Part shown: in pieces, positions 1 to 10,760 of the stretch
Position numbering within the stretch: position 1 is the stretch's first letter
Layout: each line of letters opens with the position of its first letter
Origin: Gammaproteobacteria bacterium
Lineage (GTDB): Bacteria > Pseudomonadota > Gammaproteobacteria > Ga0077536
Length of the DNA: 64,000 bases
Direction: 5' to 3'
Assembly: GCA_040220855.1 (NCBI GenBank)
Contig: JAVJVZ010000067.1
Span: 43,756 to 107,755 of the forward strand
Notes under the pieces: model-generated
The model's database searches: none
Told to the model about the DNA's origin: nothing
What the model saw: the letters and a program-made list of their open reading frames with translations, nothing else
Made by a program: the position numbers and the translations under genes

Positions 1-1271
<1,271 letters not shown>

Positions 1272-1582
1272 CAAGTGCTCCGGGTCGGGCCTCCCCCGGG
1301 CTGGGCGCGGGGCCGGTCAAGGCAGAGCGTAAAGGGTGGAACGAGCGAGGAGAGTCTTACCGGAAGGGGAGACGGCCGCGACGCCGAGGCAACGACCGGA
1401 TGGTGCCTGGCGTGTGGGGAGTATAGACACAAGCCGTGCGGAAAGATAGCGCGCTGCACGGACCCGCGATGTCGAGGTCGGCGTGACATAATCCCCCGCT
1501 GCGCCGCAGGGGGCAGGGAACGTCACCGTCCGGCAGCATCGATACCGATTTGTAATCCACGAGCTCGACCGTCCCTGTCCAC

Positions 1583-3775
1583 ATGCGCCCGTCGCGTTCA
1601 CACCGATCCGAGGGGCCGCGCGCGCAGGAGCCATTGTTCCGCCTGATCTGGCGGGCCTACGCGCGCGCGGCGCTGCTGCCGCTGCTATGCATCGAGGTGT
1701 TGCTGGTGCTGGTCTACCTGTGGACCAACAGCGCCATCCGCGATGCCAACGTCGCTTCGCTGCGTGATATCGCCGATCGTGACTTGCAGGCGATCACAAC
1801 GCGCGAGGCGCAGACCATCGAACGGCGCCTGCAAGGTGTCGCGCAACTCGCGCGCGTGCTCCAGGCGGCCGCGCGCGATGCGGCGCTGCGGCCCGGGCCG
1901 GTGCCGCCCGCCGAGGCGGCACGCTACTCGATGGCGCCGAGCGGGGTCTATCACACGGTGCACGACGATGGCGGCGCGGCGGCGTTCTACAGCGCCATCA
2001 CGACGGTCGGGCCAGCAGAGCGCTTGAAGCTCCAACAGCTCGCGCAGATCGATCCCGTGATGCGCTACGTGCACGACGCCGATCCGCTCGTCGTGCAGTC
2101 CTATTACAACACCCACGATTCGGCCAATCGCATCTATCCGTACTTCGATACGCTCGCGCAGTACGACACCTACCTCGATATCCCTCGCTACAGCTTCTAT
2201 TACGCGGCCGACGCCGCGCACAACCCGACGCGTGGAGTCTCCTGGACCGATGCCTACGTCGACCCGGCCGGGCGCGGCTGGATGATCTCGGCGGTGGCCC
2301 CGGTCTACCGCGGGGATTTCCTCGAAGGCGTGGTCGGGCTCGACATCACCCTTGCGACGCTGGTCGCGCAGGTGCTCGATCTCGCGTTGCCCTGGCAGGG
2401 CTACGGCATGCTCATCGATCGGGGTGGCACCATCCTCGCGATGCCGCAAGCCGGCGAGCGCGATCTCGACATGCGCGAGCTCGGGGCCTACGAGTACGCC
2501 GAGGCGATTCGCGAAGAAGCACGCAAACCGGCCGAGTTCGAACTCGTGCAACATCTGCCCGATGTGGCCCGTGCCATCGAGGCCGGCGCCGCCGGTACGC
2601 GCCACCTGCAGCTCGCGGGCGGCCGCATCGCCACCTGGCAACGCATCGCCGCGACCGGCTGGACGCTGCTGACCTTCGTCGACGAAGCGCGTGTGTATGC
2701 CGAAGTGCTCGCGCTCGAGGCGCACTACGAGCAGGTGGGCTATCGGCTGATTGCGCTGATGGTGCTGTTCTACCTGCTGTTCTTCGGCTTTCTCTACCTG
2801 CGTGCGCGACGCATGGCGCATGCTATCGCCGAGCCGCTCGAGCGCTTCAGTGCGTTGGCACGCGCGGTGGGTGACGGCCATTACGATCAGAGCGTACCGG
2901 CGTCGGGCGTGCGCGAGCTCGACGACGCGGGGCAGGCGCTCGCCAGCATGGGCCACCACCTCGGCGAGGCGGTCGAGCGCTTGTCGGAAGCGAAGCGCCA
3001 GGCGGAGGAGGCGAACGACGCCAAGTCCCGTTTCCTCTCGCAGATGAGCCACGAGCTGCGTACGCCGCTCAATGCGATCTGCGGCTTCGCCCAGCTGCTC
3101 GACATGTCGCGCGGCCGCATCGCCCCCGAGTTGCACGAATGCATCGACGACATCCGCGAAGGCGGCCGGCACCTGCTCGATCTGATCAGCCAGCTGCTCG
3201 ACCTCTCCCTGATCGAGACCGGTCGCCTGCAGCTCGCACCGGAGGACGTCGATCTCGATGCGCTGGTACGCCGTACCACTGCTTCACTCGAACCGCTGAT
3301 GGCGGCGCGTGCGATCGACGTCACGTTCACGCCTGCGCTGCCATCGGCGCAGGTGCTGGTGAGCGCCGACCCGGTACGCGTGCGCCAGGTGCTGGTCAAC
3401 CTGTTGTCGAACGCCGTCAAGTACAACCGCGACGGTGGCAGCATCCGCATCAGTGCGGCGCGCGTGCGCGCGGGCCGCGCGCGGGTCACGATCTCCGACG
3501 AGGGGCCGGGCGTGCCCGACGCCGCGCGCGAGTGGATCTTCGAGCCGTTCCATCGCCTCGCCAGCAGCAACCAGGTCGAGGGTGCGGGTATCGGGCTCGC
3601 CATCTGCCGCTCGTTACTCGCGGCCATGGGCGGACGTATCGGCGTCGAAGCCGGTGACGGCGGTGGCGCGTGTTTCTGGTTCGAACTGCCGGTGGTGCGC
3701 TGCGCGGGCGCGGGCGGCGTGCGGAGCGCGGCCGGCCCTGCGGGCGCCACCGGCGCGCCCGGCGGCGCCGCCTGA
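1583..3775 (+). CDS. Sensor histidine kinase with a periplasmic Cache-like domain, HAMP, HisKA and HATPase_c; no adjacent response regulator
   Basis: It has an N-terminal TM segment, a roughly 300-aa extracytoplasmic region with Cache-like motifs (YVDPAGRGWMISAVAPVY) and a second TM segment. The H-box is SHELRTPLNAI, and the C-terminus carries N/G-box motifs (LLSNAVKYN, GAGIGLAICR). The exact start is uncertain. Confidence 0.85.
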   Translation: MRPSRSHRSEGPRAQEPLFRLIWRAYARAALLPLLCIEVLLVLVYLWTNSAIRDANVASLRDIADRDLQAITTREAQTIERRLQGVAQLARVLQAAARDAALRPGPVPPAEAARYSMAPSGVYHTVHDDGGAAAFYSAITTVGPAERLKLQQLAQIDPVMRYVHDADPLVVQSYYNTHDSANRIYPYFDTLAQYDTYLDIPRYSFYYAADAAHNPTRGVSWTDAYVDPAGRGWMISAVAPVYRGDFLEGVVGLDITLATLVAQVLDLALPWQGYGMLIDRGGTILAMPQAGERDLDMRELGAYEYAEAIREEARKPAEFELVQHLPDVARAIEAGAAGTRHLQLAGGRIATWQRIAATGWTLLTFVDEARVYAEVLALEAHYEQVGYRLIALMVLFYLLFFGFLYLRARRMAHAIAEPLERFSALARAVGDGHYDQSVPASGVRELDDAGQALASMGHHLGEAVERLSEAKRQAEEANDAKSRFLSQMSHELRTPLNAICGFAQLLDMSRGRIAPELHECIDDIREGGRHLLDLISQLLDLSLIETGRLQLAPEDVDLDALVRRTTASLEPLMAARAIDVTFTPALPSAQVLVSADPVRVRQVLVNLLSNAVKYNRDGGSIRISAARVRAGRARVTISDEGPGVPDAAREWIFEPFHRLASSNQVEGAGIGLAICRSLLAAMGGRIGVEAGDGGGACFWFELPVVRCAGAGGVRSAAGPAGATGAPGGAA

Positions 3776-3784
3776 GACCGAAGC

Positions 3785-4438
3785 TCAGACGCCGCGTCGG
3801 CCGCTCGCGGCGCCGTCGGGATGCAGGCTCTCGTGTGCGCTGGTGCGCGTCATCATGCGTGCGAACCAGGCGTTGACGTTGAGCAGGCCGTTGTCGACCG
3901 GCTGGCCGACGCCCTCGCCAAAGTCGAGCGCACAGTAGAGGATGATGTCGGCTAGCGTGAAGCGCTCGCCGCAGATCCAGCTGCGTCGTCCCATCAGGCC
4001 GTCGAGCCAGGCGAGCTTCTCCTGCACGATGGCGGCGAGGCCCGGCGCCGCTTCGGGCAGGCAGTGCATGCGGTCGCGGAAGATCTCGAGGCCCACCGAG
4101 TAGCGGAAGGCGTTGTAGAGATTCTCGGTGATGTTGAGCTCGATGCGCCGCTGCCACATGCGATGCTCGGCTTTCTCCAGTGGCGTGGTGCCGATCAGGG
4201 CCGGTGCGGGGTGGAGGTCTTCGAGGTATTCGCAGATGGCCACGGTCTCGGCGATGCAGGTGCCATCGTCGAGCACGAGGCTCGGCAACTGCCCGCCGGG
4301 ATTGCGCTCGGTATACGGCGGGCGTCGATTCTCGGCGGCGAGGATGTCGACCTCCTCGAAGGGAACGTCGAGGCCTTTCTCGAGCAGGAACATGCGCACG
4401 ATGCGCGGGTTGGGACCGAGGGAGTTGAGCAGTTTCAT
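3785..4438 (-). CDS. Glutathione S-transferase family protein
   Basis: The N-terminal thioredoxin-like GST fold is visible in MKLLNSLGPNPRIVRMFLLEKGLDVPFEEVDI...NPGGQLPSLVLDDGTCIAETVAICEYLEDL. A helical C-terminal domain follows. Confidence 0.85.
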   Translation of the reverse strand: MKLLNSLGPNPRIVRMFLLEKGLDVPFEEVDILAAENRRPPYTERNPGGQLPSLVLDDGTCIAETVAICEYLEDLHPAPALIGTTPLEKAEHRMWQRRIELNITENLYNAFRYSVGLEIFRDRMHCLPEAAPGLAAIVQEKLAWLDGLMGRRSWICGERFTLADIILYCALDFGEGVGQPVDNGLLNVNAWFARMMTRTSAHESLHPDGAASGRRGV

Positions 4439-4508
4439 GCGGCGCTACCGGGCTGGGTGTGGCGCGATTCTACGCCACGCGCAGCGGTGTGCCGGGCGCT
4501 TCGACCGC

Positions 4509-5513
4509 TCAGGCCACCAGCCCCTGGGCGCGCTCGAACATCGGTAGCACACTGCGTGCGTTGTTCTCCCAGATCGGGTCGTGCCGCTGGCCCTTGCGAT
4601 GCAGCTTGACGTTGAGACAGGCGATGCAGGCGAGGCGGTAGTTGGCGAGCGCGTGGTACCAGGGGATGTCCGCGCCGTCGCTGCCGCGCGCGGCGGTGTA
4701 GAGCGCGGTGATGCGTGCCCCGGACGGTGGGTGCAGCGGCATCCAGCCGGGCGTCCACACCGTGCTGTCGGCGATCATGAGCAGCCAGCCGAGATCGAGC
4801 AGCTGGGCGCCGATGCCGGAGAGTTCCCAGTCGATCACCCCGCGCAGACGCGCGCCGTCGTAGAGGCAGTTGCCGGGCTGGTAGTCGCCGTGGAAGAGGC
4901 CGACCGGGGCGCCGTCCGGCAGCGTGTCGAGCAGTGCGCGCTCGGTCGCCTCGGCGGCCGTGATCCAGGCAGGCTCCGGCGCCTGGGCGTAGATGCGCTC
5001 CCACCGCGTGATCTCGTCGGCGAGTGCGACCGGCGCCTCCCAGTCGGGCAGGCGCGCCTGCCAGTCGAAGGCGTGCAGCGCGGCAAGTGTTTCGACCGCC
5101 TGCGTCCAGTAGTGTTCGCAGGTCGGCTGGTCGCGCGGCACGCCGGGCGCCGGATCCCAGACGAAGAACGTGTGTCCCGGCAGGCGCTCCATGACGATGA
5201 ACGGCAGTCCGAACCACGGGTTGGTTTCGTCGTCGCGCGCGAACGGCACGGCGGGTACCGGCAGGCCGTCGGCCTTCAGCGCACGCAGCAGCGGCGCCTG
5301 GCGGTAGACGTCGGTGTTGCCGCGACGACGCACGCCGCGCGGCGGCAGCTTGATCACGTATTTCCCCGTGGTGCCGCCTGCTTCGCGAACCGCGAACAGG
5401 AAGGTGAGTCCGGCGTGGCCGTCGGATTCCTGCAGGTCGGCGAGCCGCGCCCCGGCGCCGAACTCGTCGTGGACGAAGCGTTCCAGTCCCGTGCGGACCT
5501 CGTCGAGATGCAC
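4509..5513 (-). CDS. Phosphotransferase (APH / choline-kinase-like) family protein
   Basis: It contains the catalytic loop LFHGDYQPGNCLYD and the downstream VIDWELSGIG motif typical of the aminoglycoside phosphotransferase fold. Confidence 0.8.
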   Translation of the reverse strand: MHLDEVRTGLERFVHDEFGAGARLADLQESDGHAGLTFLFAVREAGGTTGKYVIKLPPRGVRRRGNTDVYRQAPLLRALKADGLPVPAVPFARDDETNPWFGLPFIVMERLPGHTFFVWDPAPGVPRDQPTCEHYWTQAVETLAALHAFDWQARLPDWEAPVALADEITRWERIYAQAPEPAWITAAEATERALLDTLPDGAPVGLFHGDYQPGNCLYDGARLRGVIDWELSGIGAQLLDLGWLLMIADSTVWTPGWMPLHPPSGARITALYTAARGSDGADIPWYHALANYRLACIACLNVKLHRKGQRHDPIWENNARSVLPMFERAQGLVA

Positions 5514-5630
5514 CGTGTCGATCTCCTGCCGTTGTTGCCGGGGACATTCTAGCCGCCTGTCCGTGGCCGGCTATCGCGGCAGCCTCGCCTCTGCTACGGT
5601 GAGGCGACGCCGGGGGAGGGCGCTTACCGT

Positions 5631-6845
5631 ATGAGCCGAATCGATCGCAGGCGCTTCCTGCGCCGCGCGCGCAACACCGCGGGTGGTGTCGTCGCCGGCC
5701 TGCTCGCTGGCAGTGGTCGGCCGGTACACGCCACCGACACCACGCGCATGCAGGGCGGACCGGCGCGGCCCTACGGCGAACGGTCGCGGTTCGAGAAGCT
5801 GGTGCGCTGGATCACGCCGGCCCGCTATCCGACCAGTACCGCATCGTGGACACCGTTGGCCGGGCTCGATGGCGTGGTGACGCCTTCGGCGTTGCACTAC
5901 GAGCGCCATCATGGCGGCGTACCGGATATCGACCCGCATGCCCACCGCCTGCTCGTGCACGGGCTCGTGACGCGCCCGCTCGAGTTCACACTCGAGGCGT
6001 TGCGGCGTTTCCCGCAGGTGGTGCGCCTGTGTTTCCTCGAATGCTCCGGGAACGGTTACCGTGAATGGACCGGGCCGGGCGGCGCCGACGTGCAGCAGAC
6101 CCACGGCCTGACCTCGTGCAGCGAGTGGACCGGCGTGCGCCTCGCCGACGTGCTCGCCGAATGCGGTGTCGGGCCCGCGGCGCGCTGGGTGCTCGCGGAA
6201 GGTGCCGATGGCGCGGCCATGACGCGCTCGATTCCCCTCGCCAAGTGTCTCGACGATGTCATCCTGGCCTATGCACAGAACGGCGAGGCACTGCGCCCGG
6301 AGCAGGGCTACCCGCTGCGCCTGCTGGTCCCCGGCTACGAGGGCAGCATCAGCGTGAAGTGGCTGCGCCGACTCAAGCTCGGCGAGCAGCCCTGGTACAC
6401 GCGCGAGGAGACCGCCAAGTACACCGACCTCATGCCGGACGGCAGTGCCCGCGAGTTCAGCTTCGTGATGGAGGCGAAATCCGTGATCACGCAGCCCTCG
6501 CCGGGGGGCGAACCGCTCGCAGCGGGCTTCCACGAGATTCGCGGGCTGGCCTGGTCGGGGCGCGGGCGCGTGACGCGCGTCGAGGTGAGTTGCGACGACG
6601 GGGCGACCTGGCAGGACGCGACCCTGCACGGGCCGGTCCTGCCCGTGTGCCATACCCGTTTCACGCTGCCGTGGCGTTGGGACGGCGCCGCGACGGTGCT
6701 CGCGAGCCGCTGCCACGACGAGACCGGCTACGTGCAGCCGACGCGCGAAGCGCTGCGCGCGGTGCGCGGCGATCATTCCTTCTATCACTACAACGGCATC
6801 CAGCGCTGGCGTGTCGATGCCGCGGGACGGCTGTTCAATGTCTGA
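5631..6845 (+). CDS. soxC: Periplasmic molybdopterin sulfite / sulfane-sulfur dehydrogenase, SoxC/SorA type (Tat-exported)
   Basis: A twin-arginine signal (SRIDRRRFLRRA) is present. SUOX-family motifs are also present (RPYGERSRFE, TPSALHYERHHGGVPDIDP, CSGNG, YPLRLLVPGYEGSISVKWLRRL). A c-type cytochrome gene follows directly. Confidence 0.8.
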   Translation: MSRIDRRRFLRRARNTAGGVVAGLLAGSGRPVHATDTTRMQGGPARPYGERSRFEKLVRWITPARYPTSTASWTPLAGLDGVVTPSALHYERHHGGVPDIDPHAHRLLVHGLVTRPLEFTLEALRRFPQVVRLCFLECSGNGYREWTGPGGADVQQTHGLTSCSEWTGVRLADVLAECGVGPAARWVLAEGADGAAMTRSIPLAKCLDDVILAYAQNGEALRPEQGYPLRLLVPGYEGSISVKWLRRLKLGEQPWYTREETAKYTDLMPDGSAREFSFVMEAKSVITQPSPGGEPLAAGFHEIRGLAWSGRGRVTRVEVSCDDGATWQDATLHGPVLPVCHTRFTLPWRWDGAATVLASRCHDETGYVQPTREALRAVRGDHSFYHYNGIQRWRVDAAGRLFNV

Positions 6846-6849
6846 GGCG

Positions 6850-7482
6850 ATGGAGCGGAAGCGGCAGGTCGCGGCCGCACGGCGCGTGCGCGACGAGCGG
6901 CGTGGCGCGCCTGCGGGCCACGCGTGGTCCGTGCTGCGCGCCGCGATCGTCGTGGTGAACGCGCTGCTGGCCGTCGCGTTCGCCGCGGTGGCGGCGGCCG
7001 GCGAGACGGCTGCGGCACCGCGCTTCGGTCTCGGCAGTGCCGCCGATGACGCGCGCATGGCTGCGTGGGACATCGCCATCGACGCCGCTGGCGCGAGCCT
7101 GCCAGCGGGGCAGGGCAGCGCACGCGACGGCGCCTCGATCTATGCCGCGAAGTGCGCTCACTGCCATGGCGCGAGCGGTCGCGAGGGACCCGATCCGCCG
7201 CTGGTCGGCGGTGCGGGCTCGCTGGATGGCGACGCGCCGATGCAGACCGTCGGCAGCTACTGGCCATACGCGACCACGATCTACGACTACGTCCACCGCG
7301 CCATGCCGTTCACCGCGCCGGGCTCGCTCGCACCCGACGAGGTCTACGCGCTGACCGCCTTCCTGCTCCACGCCAACGGCATCATCGCGGCCGATACCGT
7401 GCTCGACCGCGACAGCCTGCCGGCCGTGCGCATGCCCAATCGCGGCGGCTTCGTGCCCGATCCGCGGCCGGACGTGCCGTGA
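6850..7482 (+). CDS. soxD: Membrane-anchored monohaem cytochrome c partner of the sulfite dehydrogenase (SoxD/SorB-like)
   Basis: It has a single CAHCHG haem motif. The SoxD-like stretch TVGSYWPYATTIYDYVHRAMPFTAPGSL is present. An N-terminal hydrophobic anchor reads VLRAAIVVVNALLAVAFAAVAAAG. I chose the ATG at 6850 because it follows a GAGG and the soxC stop; the track ORF begins at 6811. Confidence 0.75.
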   Translation: MERKRQVAAARRVRDERRGAPAGHAWSVLRAAIVVVNALLAVAFAAVAAAGETAAAPRFGLGSAADDARMAAWDIAIDAAGASLPAGQGSARDGASIYAAKCAHCHGASGREGPDPPLVGGAGSLDGDAPMQTVGSYWPYATTIYDYVHRAMPFTAPGSLAPDEVYALTAFLLHANGIIAADTVLDRDSLPAVRMPNRGGFVPDPRPDVP

Positions 7483-7536
7483 GCGCGCACCATGTGTCCT
7501 GACGCGCCCTGACCATTCCGACGGAGGAAGTACGCC

Positions 7537-8550
7537 ATGCCCCATGTCCATCTCGCCCGCGCCTGCGCTGCCGTCACGATCGCCGCTGCCAGTTTCGGCG
7601 CCGTGGCGCACGGTATCCACGGCGGCAGCGCACAGCTTGAGGCCTACAATAACGATCGCACCATCGCCGCGCAGGTCTACGGGGGGCTGCACGAGGACAG
7701 CGGCGAGGTGCGCATCAGCTTCCACGGCAACATCGCCTTCGAGATCGAGTCACCGCGCGGCGTGAAAGTGTTCGTCGACCCCTGGCGCAACGATATCACC
7801 GGCATGTACCCACCGTGGTACGTGCGCGACATGCCCAAGGTACGCACCGACATCGCGCTGGTCACCCATGCGCATTTCGATCACGACGCGGTCGATCGTC
7901 TGCAGGCGGACATGGTGATGGAGCGCATGGCAGGGACGTTCCGCCTCGCCGACGTCAAGATCACCGGCATCGCCGAGAAGCACGTGTGCGAAACCCAGGG
8001 CACGGTGCCGTATCGCGATCTCGTCAAGCATTTCATCGACCAGGATCCGTGTCCGCCGAACGAGACGCTGCAATGGAACAATTCGCTGTACGTCATCGAG
8101 ACCGGCGGCCTGCGCATCCTGCACTGGGGTGACAACCGCCAGAACCCCCCGGAACGCGTATGGGAGATGATTGGCGACGTCGACGTGGCCATCCTGGCGG
8201 TCAGCGACGACGGTCATATCCTGAGCCCGAAGTGGGCCGATGTCGTGATGGAGAAGACGCGCGCCAAGGTCGTCATCCCCGGCCACTATTTCGTCGAGGG
8301 CGTGAATATTCCCGGTGCCTTCGGGCTCGAATCCGCCGCGCAGTGGGTTGCCACGCACCCGCATACCCTGCTCGACAGCGGCAGTATCACGTTGTCGCCG
8401 GCGTCGATTGCGGACTACGAGCAGCACGTGATGTATTTCGGCGACCACGTGGCCTTCGAACCAGGCGGCAAGCTGCCGGCAGGCGACGGAAAGTTGCCGG
8501 AGGTGCCGCCACCGGCGCGGGCCTGGGAGCGTTTTGCACCGCAGCGCTGA
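7537..8550 (+). CDS. Secreted MBL-fold metallo-hydrolase
   Basis: It has a signal peptide (ACAAVTIAAASFGAVAHG), a metal-binding HAHFDHD motif and a GGAGGA ribosome-binding site upstream. Confidence 0.8.
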   Translation: MPHVHLARACAAVTIAAASFGAVAHGIHGGSAQLEAYNNDRTIAAQVYGGLHEDSGEVRISFHGNIAFEIESPRGVKVFVDPWRNDITGMYPPWYVRDMPKVRTDIALVTHAHFDHDAVDRLQADMVMERMAGTFRLADVKITGIAEKHVCETQGTVPYRDLVKHFIDQDPCPPNETLQWNNSLYVIETGGLRILHWGDNRQNPPERVWEMIGDVDVAILAVSDDGHILSPKWADVVMEKTRAKVVIPGHYFVEGVNIPGAFGLESAAQWVATHPHTLLDSGSITLSPASIADYEQHVMYFGDHVAFEPGGKLPAGDGKLPEVPPPARAWERFAPQR

Positions 8551-8553
8551 CGC

Positions 8554-9810
8554 ATGGTCACGACTGCTCCCGAAGCGACTGGCGCGGAGCGCAGCTACCT
8601 TGTCGGGCTGGTCGTCTTCATCTGCATCGTGACCCTCTTCGAGGGTTACGATCTGCTCATCATCAACCTCGCGCTGCCCTATCTCGGCACCGATTTCGGT
8701 GCCGACTCGAAGACGCTCGGCAACGCGGTCGGGTTGATCAACATCGGCACCATCCTCGCCTTCATCCCGGTGCGGCTCGCCGACCGCTACGGCCGACGCC
8801 CCGTGTTCCTGTGCGCGGTGGCCGGCTACACGCTGTTCACGCTGCTCTCGGCATGCTCGGTCGGCCTCTACGATTTCGTTGCCTACCAGTTCATCGCGCG
8901 CATGTTCATGGTCACCGAGATCGGCGTCGGCGCCATCATTCTCACCGAGGAGATGCCGGCGCGCTGGCGCGGCGCCGCGGTCACGCTGATGTTCGCCCTG
9001 AGTCTTTCCGGAGGCATCCTCGGCTCGGCCATCTTTCCGTTACTGGTCGACCTGCCGCTCGGCTGGCGCACGCTCTACGTGGTCGGCGGCTGCACGCTGC
9101 CGGTGCTCGCGTGGTACTGGCCGCGGCTGCGCGAGACGCGGCGCTTCGGTGCGATGCCGCCGGCGGCGCCCGGCACCGGTGCGCTCGGCGAGTGGTGGCG
9201 GGCGCTGCGCGAGGTGCTCGCGCGGCCCTACCGCAAGCGCGTGCTGGCCGGCGCAACGGTGTGGTTCACGGTCAATGCGTGGAGTTCGAGCTGCCTGTTC
9301 TTCTTCGCCTACTACGTGACCAACGAACGCGGGTGGGCGCCGGCTGCGGTCAGCCAGGCGCTGACCCTCGGCTACTCGCTCGCCATCGTCGGTTACGCAA
9401 CCGCGGGGCCGATGCTGGACCTCGCGGGCCGACGTCTCACCGCCACGCTCTATTTCTCGCTCGGCGCGATCGCGGCGGTGGTCTGTTTCACCGCGCAGTC
9501 GGCCGTCGTCATTACCGTCGCCTACTGCGTGGTGCTCGGCATGCACGCGGTGTGGCCGATCGCGGCGACCATCACCAGCGAGATCTTTCCGACCCAGATT
9601 CGCGGTACCGCCAACGCCGTGGTCAACAACCTGCTCGGGCGCACTGGCATGGCACTCGCTCCTGCCATCGTCGGCGCCCTGTCGGCGTCGCTCGGCGCGG
9701 TTGGCCCGGCGGTCGCGGTGGTTGCCCTGATTCCTTTCGTCTGTTTGCCTATCATCCTGGTAACGGTCGCCGAGACGCGCGGCCGTGAACTCGAGCAGAT
9801 CGCCTCGTGA
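8554..9810 (+). CDS. MFS transporter
   Basis: The profile is about 12 hydrophobic segments with an MFS signature-like loop (RLADRYGRRPV). It starts 3 nt after the MBL gene stop. Confidence 0.85.
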   Translation: MVTTAPEATGAERSYLVGLVVFICIVTLFEGYDLLIINLALPYLGTDFGADSKTLGNAVGLINIGTILAFIPVRLADRYGRRPVFLCAVAGYTLFTLLSACSVGLYDFVAYQFIARMFMVTEIGVGAIILTEEMPARWRGAAVTLMFALSLSGGILGSAIFPLLVDLPLGWRTLYVVGGCTLPVLAWYWPRLRETRRFGAMPPAAPGTGALGEWWRALREVLARPYRKRVLAGATVWFTVNAWSSSCLFFFAYYVTNERGWAPAAVSQALTLGYSLAIVGYATAGPMLDLAGRRLTATLYFSLGAIAAVVCFTAQSAVVITVAYCVVLGMHAVWPIAATITSEIFPTQIRGTANAVVNNLLGRTGMALAPAIVGALSASLGAVGPAVAVVALIPFVCLPIILVTVAETRGRELEQIAS

Positions 9811-9829
9811 GGGGCGGGGAGGTCGCAAC

Positions 9830-10708
9830 ATGAACTACGAACGAATTCGCGTGAAACCACGCACGGCGGCGATTGGCGCCGACATCGACGGCGTCGACCT
9901 CGAGCATCTCGACGACATCACGTTCGCCGAGATCCGCCGTGCCCTGCACGAACACCTGGTGGTGTTCTTCCGCGGGCAGCAGCTCTCCCCGGCCGGTCAC
10001 AAGGCGTTCGCGGCACGCTTCGGCGACATGGAGGTGCACGAGGTGTTCCGTCCCTACGACGGGCATCCCGAGATCTCGGTGCTCGAGCACGATGCCGAGC
10101 GCCCACCGATCAGCGACAGCTGGCACTCGGATGTGACCTACCGCCCACGGCCGGCGCTGGTCTCGATCCTTCACGCGCGGCACATCCCGCCGGTCGGCGG
10201 CGATACCTTGTGGCTGAGCGCGGTCGCTGCCTGCGAGGCGCTGTCGCCGCCGCTGCGCGAGTTTCTCGCCACGCTGCATGCCGAGCACGATTTCCTGCAG
10301 GCCTACGGCGGCTACTTCATGAAGCAGACCGACGGCCTCGAGCGCATCGAGCGCGCGCGGCGCGAGACGCCGCCAGTGACCCATCCGGTCGTCATCGAGC
10401 ACCCGGTCACCGGCCGCCCGGTGCTCTACGTCAACCCGACTTTCACCGCACGCATCGTCGAACTCGCGCCGGCCGAGTCACGCGCGCTGCTCGAGATGCT
10501 TTTCGCGCACCTGCTCAAGCCCGAGTTCCAGGTGCGCCTGCAGTGGCAGGTGGACGACGTTGCAGTGTGGGACAATCGCGCGACCCAGCACTACGCGACC
10601 GGCGACTATTACCCGGCACTGCGGCGCATGCACCGCATCACCGTGGGTGGCGACCGGCCGCACGCGCTGACGACGGCGCCGGCGCCGCGGGCGCGCGCCG
10701 CGGGCTGA
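9830..10708 (+). CDS. TauD/TfdA-family Fe(II)/2-oxoglutarate-dependent dioxygenase (taurine / sulfonate or sulfate-ester dioxygenase type)
   Basis: The sequence begins MNYERIRVKPRTAAIGADIDGVDL and contains the facial triad context WHSDVTY and a C-terminal WDNRATQHYA...RRMHRITV motif. The ATG at 9830 follows GGGGAGG; the track ORF begins at 9785. Confidence 0.85.
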   Translation: MNYERIRVKPRTAAIGADIDGVDLEHLDDITFAEIRRALHEHLVVFFRGQQLSPAGHKAFAARFGDMEVHEVFRPYDGHPEISVLEHDAERPPISDSWHSDVTYRPRPALVSILHARHIPPVGGDTLWLSAVAACEALSPPLREFLATLHAEHDFLQAYGGYFMKQTDGLERIERARRETPPVTHPVVIEHPVTGRPVLYVNPTFTARIVELAPAESRALLEMLFAHLLKPEFQVRLQWQVDDVAVWDNRATQHYATGDYYPALRRMHRITVGGDRPHALTTAPAPRARAAG

Positions 10709-10760
10709 CAGCGATCGTGGAGGCGTGTTGCCCGGCGAGCGCACATCCAGGGAGAGAACG

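Noticed and set aside
8160-9788. A 542-aa plus-strand ORF overlapping the MFS transporter gene.
   Set aside because: It is an alternative frame of the MFS gene. It is extremely Arg-rich and has no TM segments or motifs.
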